A stretch of 57,111 bases of DNA, filler included, from Sluysia triapertura (taxonomy: Eukaryota), in the NCBI GenBank assembly GCA_046118255.1. It is 4 parts of 4 records of this genome, joined end to end, with 100 filler letters (N's around TTAATTAATTAA, not from the genome) between each part and the next. Parts side by side here need not be neighbours in the genome. Positions count along the whole stretch, not along the records: positions 16,646 to 27,629 come from JBJNIA010190585.1; positions 27,730 to 38,726 come from JBJNIA010190330.1; 2 more parts are not named here. The stretch is one strand, 5' to 3'. Below the pieces are notes generated by a model. That model searched no databases and was not told the DNA's origin. It was given only the letters and a program-made list of their open reading frames with translations. The position numbers were made by a program, and so were the translations under genes. Below, piece after piece: positions 24,057-37,218 of the stretch (the first letter of the stretch is position 1; each line of letters opens with the position of its first letter).

Positions 24057-25233
24057 ATGAATATTGCAAAATATCGTGATAACAGTGAATTATCGGATAT
24101 TATTGTCGAGGTAAATTGTCAAGAATTTAATCTTCACAAGTTCCGTTATCAATATCTTCGGATTATTTCAAAAAAACCGAGTCACATATTAAAATTAGTG
24201 ATTTTCAGGAGATAAAGAAAATTTTGAAAAGATTATTTATCATATTTATGGTAAGGATGTTGAATTAACAATAAATAATGTTGTGATAATATTAGATGGT
24301 GCGGAGTATTAAGAAATGAATGGAAAAAATAATTTAGTTGATAAATGTGAAAAATTCGTTGAACATATTTTTCGTCAAACTGAATATTCTCGTGATATTG
24401 AAAATTTAGTTTGCTTAGTTGAAGACGCATTTGAATGCAATAATCGTCGTAATCAATTAAAAGAAAAGGCTTTGAAATTGATAGTTCAAATTTGGCTACT
24501 TCAATTTACTAGCTACAAAAAATCTCCAAGAGATCAGTATTTAGGAGATAATTTAATGTTTACATCAGTATTAAATTTACATTATACATGGATAATTAAG
24601 TTTATTAAAATAAATGCAAATGATACAAATAAACATTATTATATTGATAGATTAGTGGTGGAATATATTCGTACAACAATTTCAAAAACCTCTGATAATA
24701 AGTCAAGTAAGCGTGACTGTGAAATAGAGAACGCTTATACAAGCTCAAAAGAAAGTATTAATCAAGAAAATGATAATAAAACTGACAATGTAAATGATGA
24801 AATACCTGATTTTGATAAAGCGGCAATCTTTGATAAAGCTTTACCAGATTCAATAAATATAGTAGTCCATATTAATGTAGATTGGTTAAAAGATATAATG
24901 GAATTTTGTAGTGCAAATAATTGTAAGATGAAATCAAAATTATTACAAATATGTGGTGGTATGTTAACTCATGTAACTGCAAAAGAAGTTCAGAAAATGG
25001 ATCAGAAAGATGTGAAAGAATTAATTGATGAAGCAATGAAGTCGGAAAAAATTGATGCAGGATTAATGAAATGGATATGGGATCATCATTTATTGGAAAT
25101 GGCTAAAGAGGATGAAAATATGGATGCTGAGTTGCTTTGCAAAGTAATTCAGAATATGCCTGAAGATCATCAGGTTGATCCTGATGTAGTTTTCGAAATT
25201 GTATTAGCAATTTTAGATAAAAGTAAGCTTTAG
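24057..25233 (+). pseudogene. BTB/POZ protein of NPH3/RPT2-like type, disrupted in this copy
   Basis: The reconstructed N-terminus is SDIIVEVNCQEFNLHKF(P)LSISSDYF..DF(P)GDKENFEKII..IYGKDVELTINNVVIILDGAEY*EM..NLVDKCEKFV. There are 1-bp deletions near 24144 and 24206 and a TAA at 24310. A possible donor lies at 25223. Confidence 0.75.
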
Positions 25234-26139
25234 ATATACATTACTCCTTAAAGCATGTAGCTTTCTTGCTGTATAACTTTAAATTTTAAATTAGATTAAA
25301 CAAAATTTAATTTTAATTTTAATATATTTTGTAATAAAACTTGGTATTAAGTGCTACTCATTGATTCCCATAGAGTGCTCATTAAAATCAAAACAATGTG
25401 TATTTTTAATATTACATTCACTGCAAAGAAAAAGCGAACAAATCAAAAAACTTAATTTCTTAGATTACTTGAAAGTAAATTTATAATACAATGTAATGTA
25501 TTTTTAATAATTTGAAAATTAATTATGTTTTAACGTAAAATTCCAAAACCATCAAATGGATATCGTTGCAGTTAATGGATCAGTAAAATATGTGGTGAAT
25601 AGTAATGATTATTTATTTTTATATACAATTTATTCCATCTACTATTTTCATTACATGTTTTCTTAATTTATACAAGCCGTATAGCAAGTAGCAATCTTTT
25701 CTAAATTAAAATTAATTAAAAACTATTTACCAAAATGATAAAACATTTTATCAAAACATGAACGCAAAACAGGAATACGAACAAGCTCAACCAAATTCAA
25801 ACGAATACATAACAGTTACTAAAGGAATATACATGAAGAAATAAATAATATTATGAACAAACCAATATTACAGGAATTAATTATGTATATATTATTTATA
25901 TTATTTATATTATTTTAGTTATAGAAAGAAATTGTCCACATAATTAAAATTCACTGTAAAAATTATTTTAAAATGGAATTAAATTATTGATCATGGTATA
26001 ATAACAGTGCATAATAATGTATAAAGTGAAACTTCATATAGTTAAGAAAAACTAATAATCCAATACACGATGACTAGTTACAATATAATTTTATTATTAT
26101 GGTTTGAATCATACTTAAAAGAAAGAAGGTAACACGTCT

Positions 26140-26420
26140 TATTGAATAATGTGAAGTATGGAGTTCCTGAGGTATCAAAACTTGGTCCATTATTGTTTAT
26201 AATGTATATCAATGATGTTTCAAGTGTAATCGAATTCGAATCATATAGTTTTAAATACCATATGGATACTGATGATATGCAAATTTACACTGAATTTGAA
26301 ATGAATAACAGAAAATAATATTCAAATAGCAGAAGAACTTTTGATAAAATGGTTTGGAAAAAATACTTGAAAATCAATGAAGAAAAGTCAGCATTTATAA
26401 TCTTCAGTAATGAAAATAGC
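26140..26420 (+). mobile_element. CR1/L2-type LINE reverse transcriptase fragment
   Basis: VKYGVPEVSKLGPLLFIMYINDV..HMDTDDMQIY is a degenerate form of GVPQGSxLGPLLF..YADD. Confidence 0.8.
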
Positions 26421-27629
26421 CGCAATGCTAAAATAAACGAAACAAAATAAAAATAAATAAGGTTAAAGTAAATTTTTGTTACAATTGAAAGTAAAGTAAT
26501 TTGAATAAATCACACAGAATTATTATAACATTATAACTAGTGTCATATAAAATTATTTATTTTAAATAGGAGATATTTATTTCTTTTACTAAAGATTTTA
26601 TTTCGTACTGTGATTAATTTTATGAATATTTGCTTTCTAAAGTTAAAGTTATATATTTAATCTCATGGAAGTTAGTTTTCTTCTTAACCTTGATTAATTT
26701 CTCTAGTTCTACAATATTCAATAAATTAATTTATAAGGTCTATTTTATATCAATATAAAAAATCAGTAGCATAATGATGCAATGAAGAGTAGTCAGGTAT
26801 AAACATTATTAGTAATGTTCAAAATTTGATTTTATAATTCAAGCAAGGTTTTCTAGACAAAATAGATTTGAATATGTCCAAATGATCAACTGGATAATCC
26901 GTGATCCGATAAAATAATTCAAACTAATCATTTAATTTATTTTTTCACTAGTTCTCATAGTGTTTTCTATTGATACTAAGACAAATTTATTGTATAATTG
27001 TTTTATAATTAACTTTGTGACCACTTATGACCAATTTCATCTACATATTTTAATCTTGTATTATAATTCACAAACATTTATATTCGTTTATGTTTTTGTT
27101 TATGTTTATGTTCATATTTTGTTGGCACGAACTCGTCACTCATTACTCAAACCAAATTAGATTAGAACTGACAAGTCTAATCTTCTAGAAATGATTCATT
27201 TGACATGATGAGTTCTTTTATATTTTTGACTAAACACTTCTTAATTTATAATAACATTTTGTAACATACTTTCTTATATAATAATGAACTTAATTTTTTA
27301 TGATTTTGCCTAATTTCAATAACTTTGTCACGAAAATTATTCTCAATCCGTAATACGTCAACTTTACGTTTTTTGATTAAATAATAAATACCAGATTCGA
27401 ATAGTTTCTTCACAAGCATTCGTACTATTTAGTTTATTTAAAATTATTTAAAATAATAATTTCTTGTGCTATCTCCATTAATTTAAATCACAAGACTTTA
27501 ATTTTTCCATTACATTTATATTACATTTACATTCATTGCATAGATTGTCCAAAAATAGCACTTTAATCTAAAGATATTTTAATATATTAATTCAACATAT
27601 ATTAAATTAATAAATTATATATATATATA

Positions 27630-27729
27630 NNNNNNNNNNNNNNNNNNNNNNNNNNNNNNNNNNNNNNNNNNNNTTAATTAATTAANNNNNNNNNNNNNNN
27701 NNNNNNNNNNNNNNNNNNNNNNNNNNNNN
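27630..27729. other. Assembly gap spacer
   Basis: N44-TTAATTAATTAA-N44. Confidence 0.97.
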
Positions 27730-30160
27730 GAACCTTCATTTTTGGAAATATTTTTTATTCATTCTTAATTATGTTAATATAAAAATGAATATTAGTTAAT
27801 ATAAAATTGAATAGTGGTTAATATAAAAATGAATAACCCTATAATAAGCACGTCGACACAGGTAGCGTAAAAATTAGTTTTATAATATGCATACTGTGAA
27901 ATATTTAAAGTAGAATAAAGAGAGAGTCCACCAGCATACTAGGCTTACCAGTTAGGGCTAGCCGTTGAACTTTTATGCAGTTAAAAAGATTAAAAATAGG
28001 ACTTAATACTTGCCCAAGTGCTTGGTGAAGTTAAGTTAAAATTCTGGAGGTATTTCAAATATTAACTGAAAAAATAATAGTTAAATTATTTAAGGAGTAG
28101 TTTTCGTAAATCCTATGAAAAGGATTTGTAATAAAAATATTTAACGTGATCAGAATTAAATTCTGATAAAGCTTTCGATACACGTGTGATTTTCTTATTT
28201 TAAAACTATGTAAATTATTTATTATACAAAATAACAAGACCTTTTTACTCTAGTGTATATTAATCAAAATTATGCAAAAATTCAGTAATTATAATTTAAG
28301 GAATAAAATTGTTACGTGGATTAACTACTAGAGTTAATTCTTTATTTTACAATTAATTTTAAATTGATTTTGCGTTGGAACCCTTAAAAGGTTCCATATA
28401 TCTTTAAAATAGATTTTTAGTCGATTTTGCGTACGACACATAAGTATCAAAACCTTACAAAAATAAACGAACGTGTGATAAATTACTCAATTTTAATAAA
28501 AAAGAATTTTCAATTAGTAGTTGTTCCTTGAAAAGAGATATTGAAGGTTATGATTCCAAACGGAGGAAAGGTTTGTAAATTTTAAATAAGCAAAACACTG
28601 CTGAAACTCTTTTTGATTGTATGACTTGTAAAAATTTTTTAATGTTCTATATGTTTTGTAGTGGCCTTGTAGCCATTTAAAACAAGACTATTAAAATAAT
28701 TTTCTTTTAAAAATAATTTAAAACTATTTAATATTTATATAAATTATTAAACACTTACTTTAGCATTAGTTTATTTTTTATTTAAAAGAGTTATTTCCAA
28801 AATATCAATTTAAAAATCAAATCGATTGTTAATTTCCAAAAATATTATAGTAATTTAAAAATTAAACCATTTGTTAATAATAAATCAATAATTATGTTAA
28901 AAAGTAAATCAATGATTAAAAATATCACAATAATAATATACATATACATCAATAATAATATACATATACACAGCAATTGTAATATCACATCTACGTCATC
29001 AATCAATAATTTTATTATTATTAGTGCGTTACATAATATTATTACTATTAATACGTCACAATACACATTTCTCCTAATTAGTGTAACCGTATAGTATAGA
29101 TAAACTCGCTATAATATTTTGCTTACCAAATTATATTAAGAAAAAAATAGCACAAGTACTTTAATACAATAAAAACATAAAAATATGTTTTGAAAAAATT
29201 GATTTATTTATTTTGGGCATAAATGTTTGCATAATAGTTCAATAATTTTTAGTTGTTGATAAATATTGATATGTTGTTACGGAAATTTTGTTTAATTTTT
29301 ATAAATCAACCGGTAAGGATTTACAATACATGCAAAATTATTTTGTCAATATTTTTCTTTGGTTAATGTATTTTAGTGTTCTTAATTTTTGAAATAAAAT
29401 TTCAAAAGAAATCAAATTTGAAAAATATTTCTAAGTTAATGTTCATTTTCTTATATTTAGTGAAACTTTAATTGTATTCGTCCGTTACAATTTCCTTTGT
29501 AGTTAAAATATAAATTTAACTGTTTATTTTTTAATTAAAGTTGAAAGTATTATATATATGGATTTTCAAGTAAATGTAATGAGAACTTAAACAACTCAAA
29601 TTCTTAGGAAATTTCACGTATATATTATAAATGTACTTGCATAAATCACGATTATAATCAGTACGTAGAGTAAATATTTTTTCTTTATATTCCAAGTACG
29701 TTTGATAAAAAACTAATAATTATACGGTTGTTCAGTAATTAAAATATGATTGTTAATGAGTTTGTTAGTAACTAATTAATGATGAATGCTTGTAACTGAA
29801 GTAAATAATTGAAAGTAATATTTAATTAAAAATAATTTAACTTAGTTTCACATTTTTACATCAGATCTATTTAGTAGGATTAAATTTTAATGTAGCATTA
29901 AATCTAATTTAAATTATTTTATATTTAAATTAGATTTAATGTTATCATTCACGTTATTTATTTTACTTATCGCAAAAACAAATATAAAATTAATTTTTAT
30001 TGTTTGAATAATACTAATATTCGAAGTAATCTAAAATAATTAATATAAATAATTTCTTACTATCTAACATTAATATTACTACATTGTAAAGCAATTTTAA
30101 ACTTACATTATAAATAAAAATTCATGCAAAGTGTATTACAAAATTTTGTTTATATTTATC

Positions 30161-30620
30161 ATGGACGAAAATTTATCAAATGAACTGGGATGTATTTTAT
30201 TTGATTCGTTATCTATTTCTGATGATGATGTAAATTTTTCCATCGTTAAACATATGTTTAGTTAACACAATTGAATGAGTCGGTTGAAAATTACTTAACT
30301 CGTTTAGACGAATATAATGTTTTGATCGAAATAGTGAGATATTATTGAATTTTTTAATCTAAATTTCCAGGCTAGAAGTGATGCTAATCATACATTAGAT
30401 GAAGTATTTCCAAAAATCAAAGAATCATGTGCATCTTTAGTTAATATCTTTGAAAAAATTGATTCACTTGAAGTTTGTTTTCAGACTAAATTTATTTTCA
30501 AAGGTTTTAGTTAGAGCATATGGAAACAATTTAGATCAGTTAGAACAAAATCTAATGAAGGCTGAAAAGGATCTAGGTTTATTAACAGAAATGAAAAAGA
30601 AGATTACTAATCCTTTTAAA
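30161..30620 (+). CDS. BLOC1S4: BLOC-1 subunit 4 (cappuccino); exons 30161-30229, 30262-30333, 30371-30472, 30504-30620; terminal exon uncertain (possibly 33562-33588)
   Basis: The spliced product SVENYLTRLDEY..RSDANHTLDEVFPKI..IFEKIDSLEVLVR..LEQNLMKAEKDLG matches cappuccino (LEDLLTRVDEF..IYSRIDRLEAFVR..EEQVTKAEAELG). Phase-0 introns of 32, 37 and 31 nt. Confidence 0.85.
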
Positions 30621-32589
30621 GTAAGATTTAGATTAAAGTATTTTGTGCTCAATGTAATAATTTATTTTGATTTGTACTTTTATAAAATAGTATATTAATG
30701 CAAAATTATTTTCTAATTTCTTTACTTTGTAAATCAATTATTAGTTCTTAAACGACATTACATTACACTTTTAATATAAATATTGTCAGATTTTTTGTAT
30801 TTGCGGCCAATGTTCAAGTATCAAATTTTAAATTAAATCTTATAAAATTATCTTAGCTAAGAATGTTTGAAATAAAAATGATTAAATGAAATTGATTAAT
30901 GCTTAATATACAAATATAAAATATTAGTCTTATTTTAATATTATTTTACTAATTTTTAATATAATTAATTATTGAGTAATAAATTTTAATTAATTATAAC
31001 TTCATTGACACATTCTATTCGGGTTATTTTACTCCAATCCCATCTAAAAAGCGGACGATTTTTGGACATTTTCGCAAAAAACAAATATTTCAGATTTTTA
31101 TCTTATGATAATTTATTTATAATTACATTTATTTATTAATGTTAATAAATATTTATTTATTAATATTTATTACTATGTGCAGAATGTGTTAACTCGTTTC
31201 TCGTAAAGAATGTGTTAAAATGAGTACTATTATTTTTGAATCGGAGCTAACTTTGAATCCGACTTTTAATAAGTAATTTCGTTATGTGGTATTTGCTTTT
31301 TGTCTTAGTCTAATTCATATAATCAAAATGTTTAACATTAATTTATAGTACAATGCAAATGCAGAATTTTTTGAATTTTACTTCATATATAATAGTTGTT
31401 ATTTTAAGAGTTGTTATTTATATTTACTTTTTCCGTCCAAAAAACGTGTCTGATTTCGATTTTTTGCAAAAAGTAAGAAAACGGCCTTGCATTTAAAAGT
31501 TAATCATCCGTCTACAAAAAAGTATGTATGCATTGCTTACTATACGGATCCATTTGATCCACAAAATAAAATAGTTTAAACAAATCTACTATATCAAAAG
31601 TCAGGAAGTCATGTAACATATTACTAGAAAATAATTAGTGAAATTTACACTCGAATTCATTGGATCCGACTGGTAGGTGAAAGGTTAACTGTCATTTTGA
31701 AAAAACTTTATAGGGGTAGTTTTGGACAGCAACTAAAAACTTTTGTTTTTCGTAGAATAAAAATTTTAAAATTTAAGGTTTTTCTGAATTGAATTCTGAA
31801 TTTCTTGCCAGCAGTATATGATAGAAACCATACTAGTAAACTTCTAATTTCCATAAATTTTGATTTGAGCTTTATCAAGGCATCATCAATTCAGCTTAAG
31901 TGACTCAAATCACTTCTAAGGGTATAAGTTTACTTAATTTATTTTCTTTGTGTGGGACGTATTTTTTATTATAATAGCACACTAGAAGCTTTGTGAACTA
32001 CATTGTTTATCTACTAAGCATAAGTGTCGCATTTCGATAATATGCAATCATTCAAGGCTTTTAAAATGCATAATTTAAAACTAATGTAGCTTTTTGGTTT
32101 TGTCAGCGAATAATTTTTTCGAGTCACTAAATTAAAATGGATTTAAAGTTAATTTAATTGAAAAATATAAGTGAAATATATTAATTTAAAGTTTTATTTA
32201 TATTAAATTTTAACTTTCAAGAAAATAGAATTATGAGCGGGTAACCTAAGAGATCTAACTAGAGTGCGTAGCGGGCAAAAAATATCGCACATAGTAGCCA
32301 ACAGTTACTATTACTTAGACCCGCTTTAAAAAATTACTTTTCATATGATATAAAGACTCACCTCGCTCTTAAGTGACAGTCCCGCTTATAATGTGTTAAT
32401 GTAATATAATGTTAGTGTATTCTGTAAACAGTGCATCCAGCACATCTTTGAAAAAGAGCGTCCAATAAATCCGATTCCACATGTAACCTTTTGCGGTAAT
32501 GTGGAATTTCTCGAATCTTCTAAAAATATGGAACTATTTTTAATAGGTTGATTGTTTACTTACAAATATAAGGATTTATATTGTTTATA

Positions 32590-32880
32590 CACATTTACGT
32601 GGCAGGTTGTTCAGGCCGGTGATATGAAACCCTGGTAGACGAGAGTCAATGAATTCCTGGAAGACCACTTTTACAGCATTGTCAGAATTAAATTGTTTTC
32701 ATATTAAAATGTCGTCCAAATTGCGGAAGAAGTGGTAGTCAGTAGTATGGAAGATGGAGACGTTCCAACTCAAATTCCTGTAGTTTAGCTCTAGTCGTTT
32801 TTTCAGTGTTTAGTTTAGTTTGTTTTCTAACATTAAACTTCAACGATAATTCATAGACACTCTAAGATGGGCCAGACTCA
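32590..32880 (-). mobile_element. Mariner (Hsmar1-like) transposase C-terminal relic
   Basis: TDYHFFRNLDDIL..KQFNSDNAVKVVFQEFIDSR..F..TGLNNL resembles TDYHFFKHLDNFL..AFQEFVESR..GINKL. Confidence 0.8.
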
Positions 32881-34589
32881 ACTTTGATCTTAGTTCGTTA
32901 TTATTGACACTTGATTGATTAATTACTTATCTGTTTATGTACAAAATTTTAATACTACTTGATTATTACTAAAAATAATTTAATTTTAAAAAATATTAAA
33001 AAAATAAATCTTAACGTGTACGTGTTAATTTTTGTGAGTTTCAAATGAAGCGAAAAAATTAATTGTTGATTTTTATCGAATTTGTATCAGCATGCAAGTT
33101 TTAGCAGAAATTGAAATATAAAGTAAAATAATTTATATTTGTAAAATGTATTTTAAAATAATTTTTTTTCCAATTTACAAAAGTAAATTGTTGATCGAAT
33201 TTGTAATTCAAAGTAAGGAAAATGTGGTTTAATATTTTAGACATTATTTCCAATTATGAATATATTTATTTTTGTAGATTTTTGATACATTTTAACACAT
33301 TTCGTGCTATTACATTAATTTTATTGTTATAAAAATACATTATGAAAACAAAATGTAAAGGAAAAAATTAGAAAGGAAAATTTTAATCAACAAAATATTA
33401 ACCTCTATGTGGAGAATATTGTGTACTATACGGTCGTTTAAGCACCACCAATTACTTGACTAACTAAAGTTAATTTGCTCGTACGATGTTTACTGATAAA
33501 CATAATTTATCGTTAATAGTTTGATTTGTGTATATTGTTTATATTTCGTATTATTACCTAGGAGAAAAAAGACAGCAACAAACAATAGTTACCTATATTG
33601 TTTCATTTATATTTCATGTATAACTATATGATCCATGCGAAAAAAGTATTATTACGTGCTATTTTTGATGATTAGGATTATCACTAATATCGAAATTTAT
33701 TTATATAGGAACATAAAGTACAAATATGAATAAAATTTTAAATAGTTTAAACTTGAAAAATCATTGTCTTATTCAAATGAAATTATACATTGTCTTATGA
33801 TTTGCATACAAACCAAATAAATAATTATCATGAGCTATACACATGTTGATTTGACAATTAAACGTTGAATTGTTTTGATACAATGAAACTAATGTTTTTG
33901 AAAATTAATTTTAATTCGTATTTTTTGGAAATCTTAACACGTTGACGGACATGAACACATTGGATTTTAAAATGACTGCTATAGCTGCTTTATCCGTCAT
34001 AATTTTAAATGGTGCACTTTTAATTTTTTATTATGTATTTTCATGTCTTAGTAAAATGATGTAAATTATGAAGATTTGCAAAATTTGGATAACAATATAA
34101 GAAAATTTACTATTTTCAGCCATAATTCTACTTAATCTCTTTCCATTTCTCTCTCTTTCCTTCTTTCTCTATTTCTTTCTCTCATTACAAAATGTTTAGT
34201 TTATAAAGTTTTTGAATTTGAAACTAACAAAAAGACATTTCGAATTCTGTCTCTGCACAGCAAATTATACTGTAGATTGTATTGTATTGAATGCTTTTTT
34301 AAGTGTGGTTGTATGCATTAGCCTTTGAATATCATTAGATACAATTACAATCGTTTAAATCAGAGTTTGTATTTTATCAATTTCATTAAAAGTATACCAA
34401 AAGATACCACCGAATGTGCAGTACATTCATTTTATCATTTTTTATATTAAAATCCGAAATATGCGAATTTTCTTTTTGTTTATATCTGCATCTCCGATGT
34501 AAGTGAATATAGTAATTACAAAAATTATTAGCACTAAACGCACCAAGGTTTGATGTTTATCTATTCATACTATCACAGTCATCAATTTT

Positions 34590-34920
34590 AATAATGTAAG
34601 TTCGTGCGGTTTTTTAAAATTATGAAAATGCATACTGATGAAGAATAAAAACAATGCAAAATATTCCAGATAACAAAATTAATTTATTAAATCATTAGAA
34701 AAAACAAATATCGCAGTCTCACTCGGTGAGATATTCGCCGCCACAATCGATCGCTTCGTTTCACCGTTCTGGCAGTTTGTCAATCCCACGTTTGAAGAAG
34801 CTTGGTGATTTGTGGTCGAAAAATTCTTCAATCCACATTGTTATTACTTCTCCATAAGCGCAACAAATCATTCTGGTGGCTTCTGCAGCGTTTAAATGGT
34901 GATTAAAATAGAAAGTGAAA
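34590..34920 (-). mobile_element. Internally deleted mariner element
   Basis: The N-terminal segment NAAEATRMICCAYGE is joined directly to the C-terminal segment FFKRGIDKLPER*NEAIDCGGEY. A TIR-like AAAACCGCACGAACTT lies near 34598-34613. Confidence 0.75.
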
Positions 34921-35314
34921 GTTAGTCTAAAATGATTTAAATAGATAATGCAGCTGAATGAATATAACTCAAATCAGTTAAAACAAGAAATTAGTGTGTC
35001 TTCTTTGCAGCAAATAAATCTAATTTTAAGTAAATTGTGTATAATGTTTAAAGATACTTTTCCTACATTTTTTTGATTAAATTATGCAAAATATGATTCA
35101 TTAACTAAATTATTAATAGTAATAATATTATTATTTTTAGTTTAAGGAAACTAAGAAAAAATAACGTGTTTTTCTGGATTGTTATTGTTTATGTTTACGA
35201 TTATAAACAAACAAAATAAAAACAAAAAAATCTCACGTTGTTTACTTTACCATCTCTTTATTTACATACTCTTAATTATTCTAATTTTTCTTTATTAAAC
35301 TTCATTTGCATACC

Positions 35315-35333
35315 TGTGTGTGTGTGTGTGTGT
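35315..35333. repeat. (TG)9 microsatellite
   Basis: Read directly from the sequence. Confidence 0.9.
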
Positions 35334-36450
35334 ATTTTTTTGCTTATTCTTTTAGTTTTTATTGTCTGCTTTTCTAATATGATAATTACTTATTAATATA
35401 TCTGCAGTATTAAAACTGGAATATTTGACATTTGAAGTTTTTGATTCTTGGAAATAATTATAATTTTTGTATTTTAGTACCAGTTTTATGGACTGTCTGT
35501 TAGGCTACCCGCTCATAATGTGTTGAGAGTTTTCTTCAGACATCATATAATAATCTTGATTCAGGGGCCGGATACGGTACACGACTTAAAACACGAGTGT
35601 GTCTGAAACTATGAGTATAATGCATGTATCAAATATTACGCAATTCCTAATTGTTGAATTCGAATTCCAGTAAATTCAATTAACCTAATTTATTAGTTAG
35701 TGTCTTATAATTGTAGATTAAGAGTTTGAATTTATCGTAAATTTATTTCTATTAATGATATAAAGTAATATATAGTGATATACTGTCTCAAAATCAGCAG
35801 ACAGTACCATTAAAACAAAATTATAACTGTTTAAAATAGGCTCTGAATCATACTGATACATTGTACACAGTTAATTATCGTCTAAAAACTTTGGTATTGT
35901 TGTGAAACTGCTTTTTCAATCAATTTCGATTGGAATGCTATCTTTGATACAGATCTGTAATTATTTAAAAGTAACATGTTCCATAGTTCAGATGAGTTGA
36001 TACAATGAGCTAATATAATGAATTATTAACAATTTTTTGTCAAGATTAATTTATTTTTGATAAGTTTGGTTGGTATGAGTCAACAGCATTTGTTTTTAAA
36101 ATTGAATTCTTATCTAAATAAAAGATAAACGATGCGTGATAAAATTTATTATTTCTCCCAAGGTACTGAGCTCTTCAATATTCATTTTTGATAAGTTTCT
36201 ATATTCAATCTTATTAAACCAAACACAATTGGATATAATTAAGAAATATTATTTCAGTTAAAATATAGTTTTATAAAACATTGAAATTAATTACTACTTG
36301 TAAATTAATCAGTGATTTCAATTCATTTTAAAATTTATTCGTAAACTTTATAAAATTCTAAATTTTTATAAGATATCGATAAATGACTTTTAAATTATCG
36401 GAATAATTGTATTTATTTCCTTTGAAATATATCAACCAAATTTTGTAACA

Positions 36451-37218
36451 CTATTGTGATGGCCGGGGTATGGTTACGAAATCTTTAATTTTTAAATTTA
36501 TAATTCTAGATAGGGCAAAATAAGACTTAAGGTCTTTCAAAATATTACAATAATTTAAATTGTTTTTTGTCAAAAATTCAAATAAAATGTAACTAAAACT
36601 ATACATATATTCTAATTTACTTTTATTAAAACTATAAAACGTTATCCTAAAAGCATCACATATAAAAATTGACTCCATTTTATTGAAAGTTATCATGCAT
36701 ACGATGAACATAAAAATAACGGGATTTTGATAAATGTTATCACATAATAAAAAGTCTAAGAAAGCTAACAGTTCGCAGGTTATGACAATCAGAAATCTTC
36801 TCTCGTAGTCTTGCGTCGTTGAACAAGGTGCAAGCCAGGCAACCAAGCAGGGTGTGTCGAGATCTTTCCAACTCATTTGAGAGATATCCGTTGGTTTACG
36901 TAATTTTCTGGCAGTAATACTAAAAATATTTCTACAATCGAAAAGAGTTAAATGTACTAAACGTTTTCTCATATTTTTATCAAAGTGGATGCTATCAGTG
37001 TATTCGATGAAGTCCTTTAATGTTCTAGTAAATTCGATAAAATCATTTAATTTCTTAACATATGTCGTTAAGCCACTCAATCTCTCAACATGTGTCTTTA
37101 ATTCATTCAATCTTTGAACATATGTCTTTAAGTCATTTAATCTTTCAACACATGTCTTTAATTCATTTAATCTTCCAACATATGTCTTTAAATCATTTAA
37201 TCTTTCAACATAAGTCAT
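36451..37218 (-). CDS. Hypothetical 255-aa protein with N-terminal 10-aa tandem repeats (LKTYVERLND-like)
   Basis: A long open frame in very AT-rich DNA, with about six 30-bp tandem units at 37040-37222 and a hydrophobic C-terminal half. No recognised family. Confidence 0.4.
   Translation of the reverse strand: MTYVERLNDLKTYVGRLNELKTCVERLNDLKTYVQRLNELKTHVERLSGLTTYVKKLNDFIEFTRTLKDFIEYTDSIHFDKNMRKRLVHLTLFDCRNIFSITARKLRKPTDISQMSWKDLDTPCLVAWLAPCSTTQDYERRFLIVITCELLAFLDFLLCDNIYQNPVIFMFIVCMITFNKMESIFICDAFRITFYSFNKSKLEYMYSFSYILFEFLTKNNLNYCNILKDLKSYFALSRIINLKIKDFVTIPRPSQ

Noticed and set aside
26583-26598. CTTTTACTAAAGATTT resembling U5 snRNA loop 1
   Set aside because: It lacks the invariant GCC, the flanking stem and an Sm site, and can arise by chance in AT-rich DNA.
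28845-29094. Overlapping Ile/Asn-rich ORFs on both strands
   Set aside because: Low-complexity AT-rich sequence with no coding signal.
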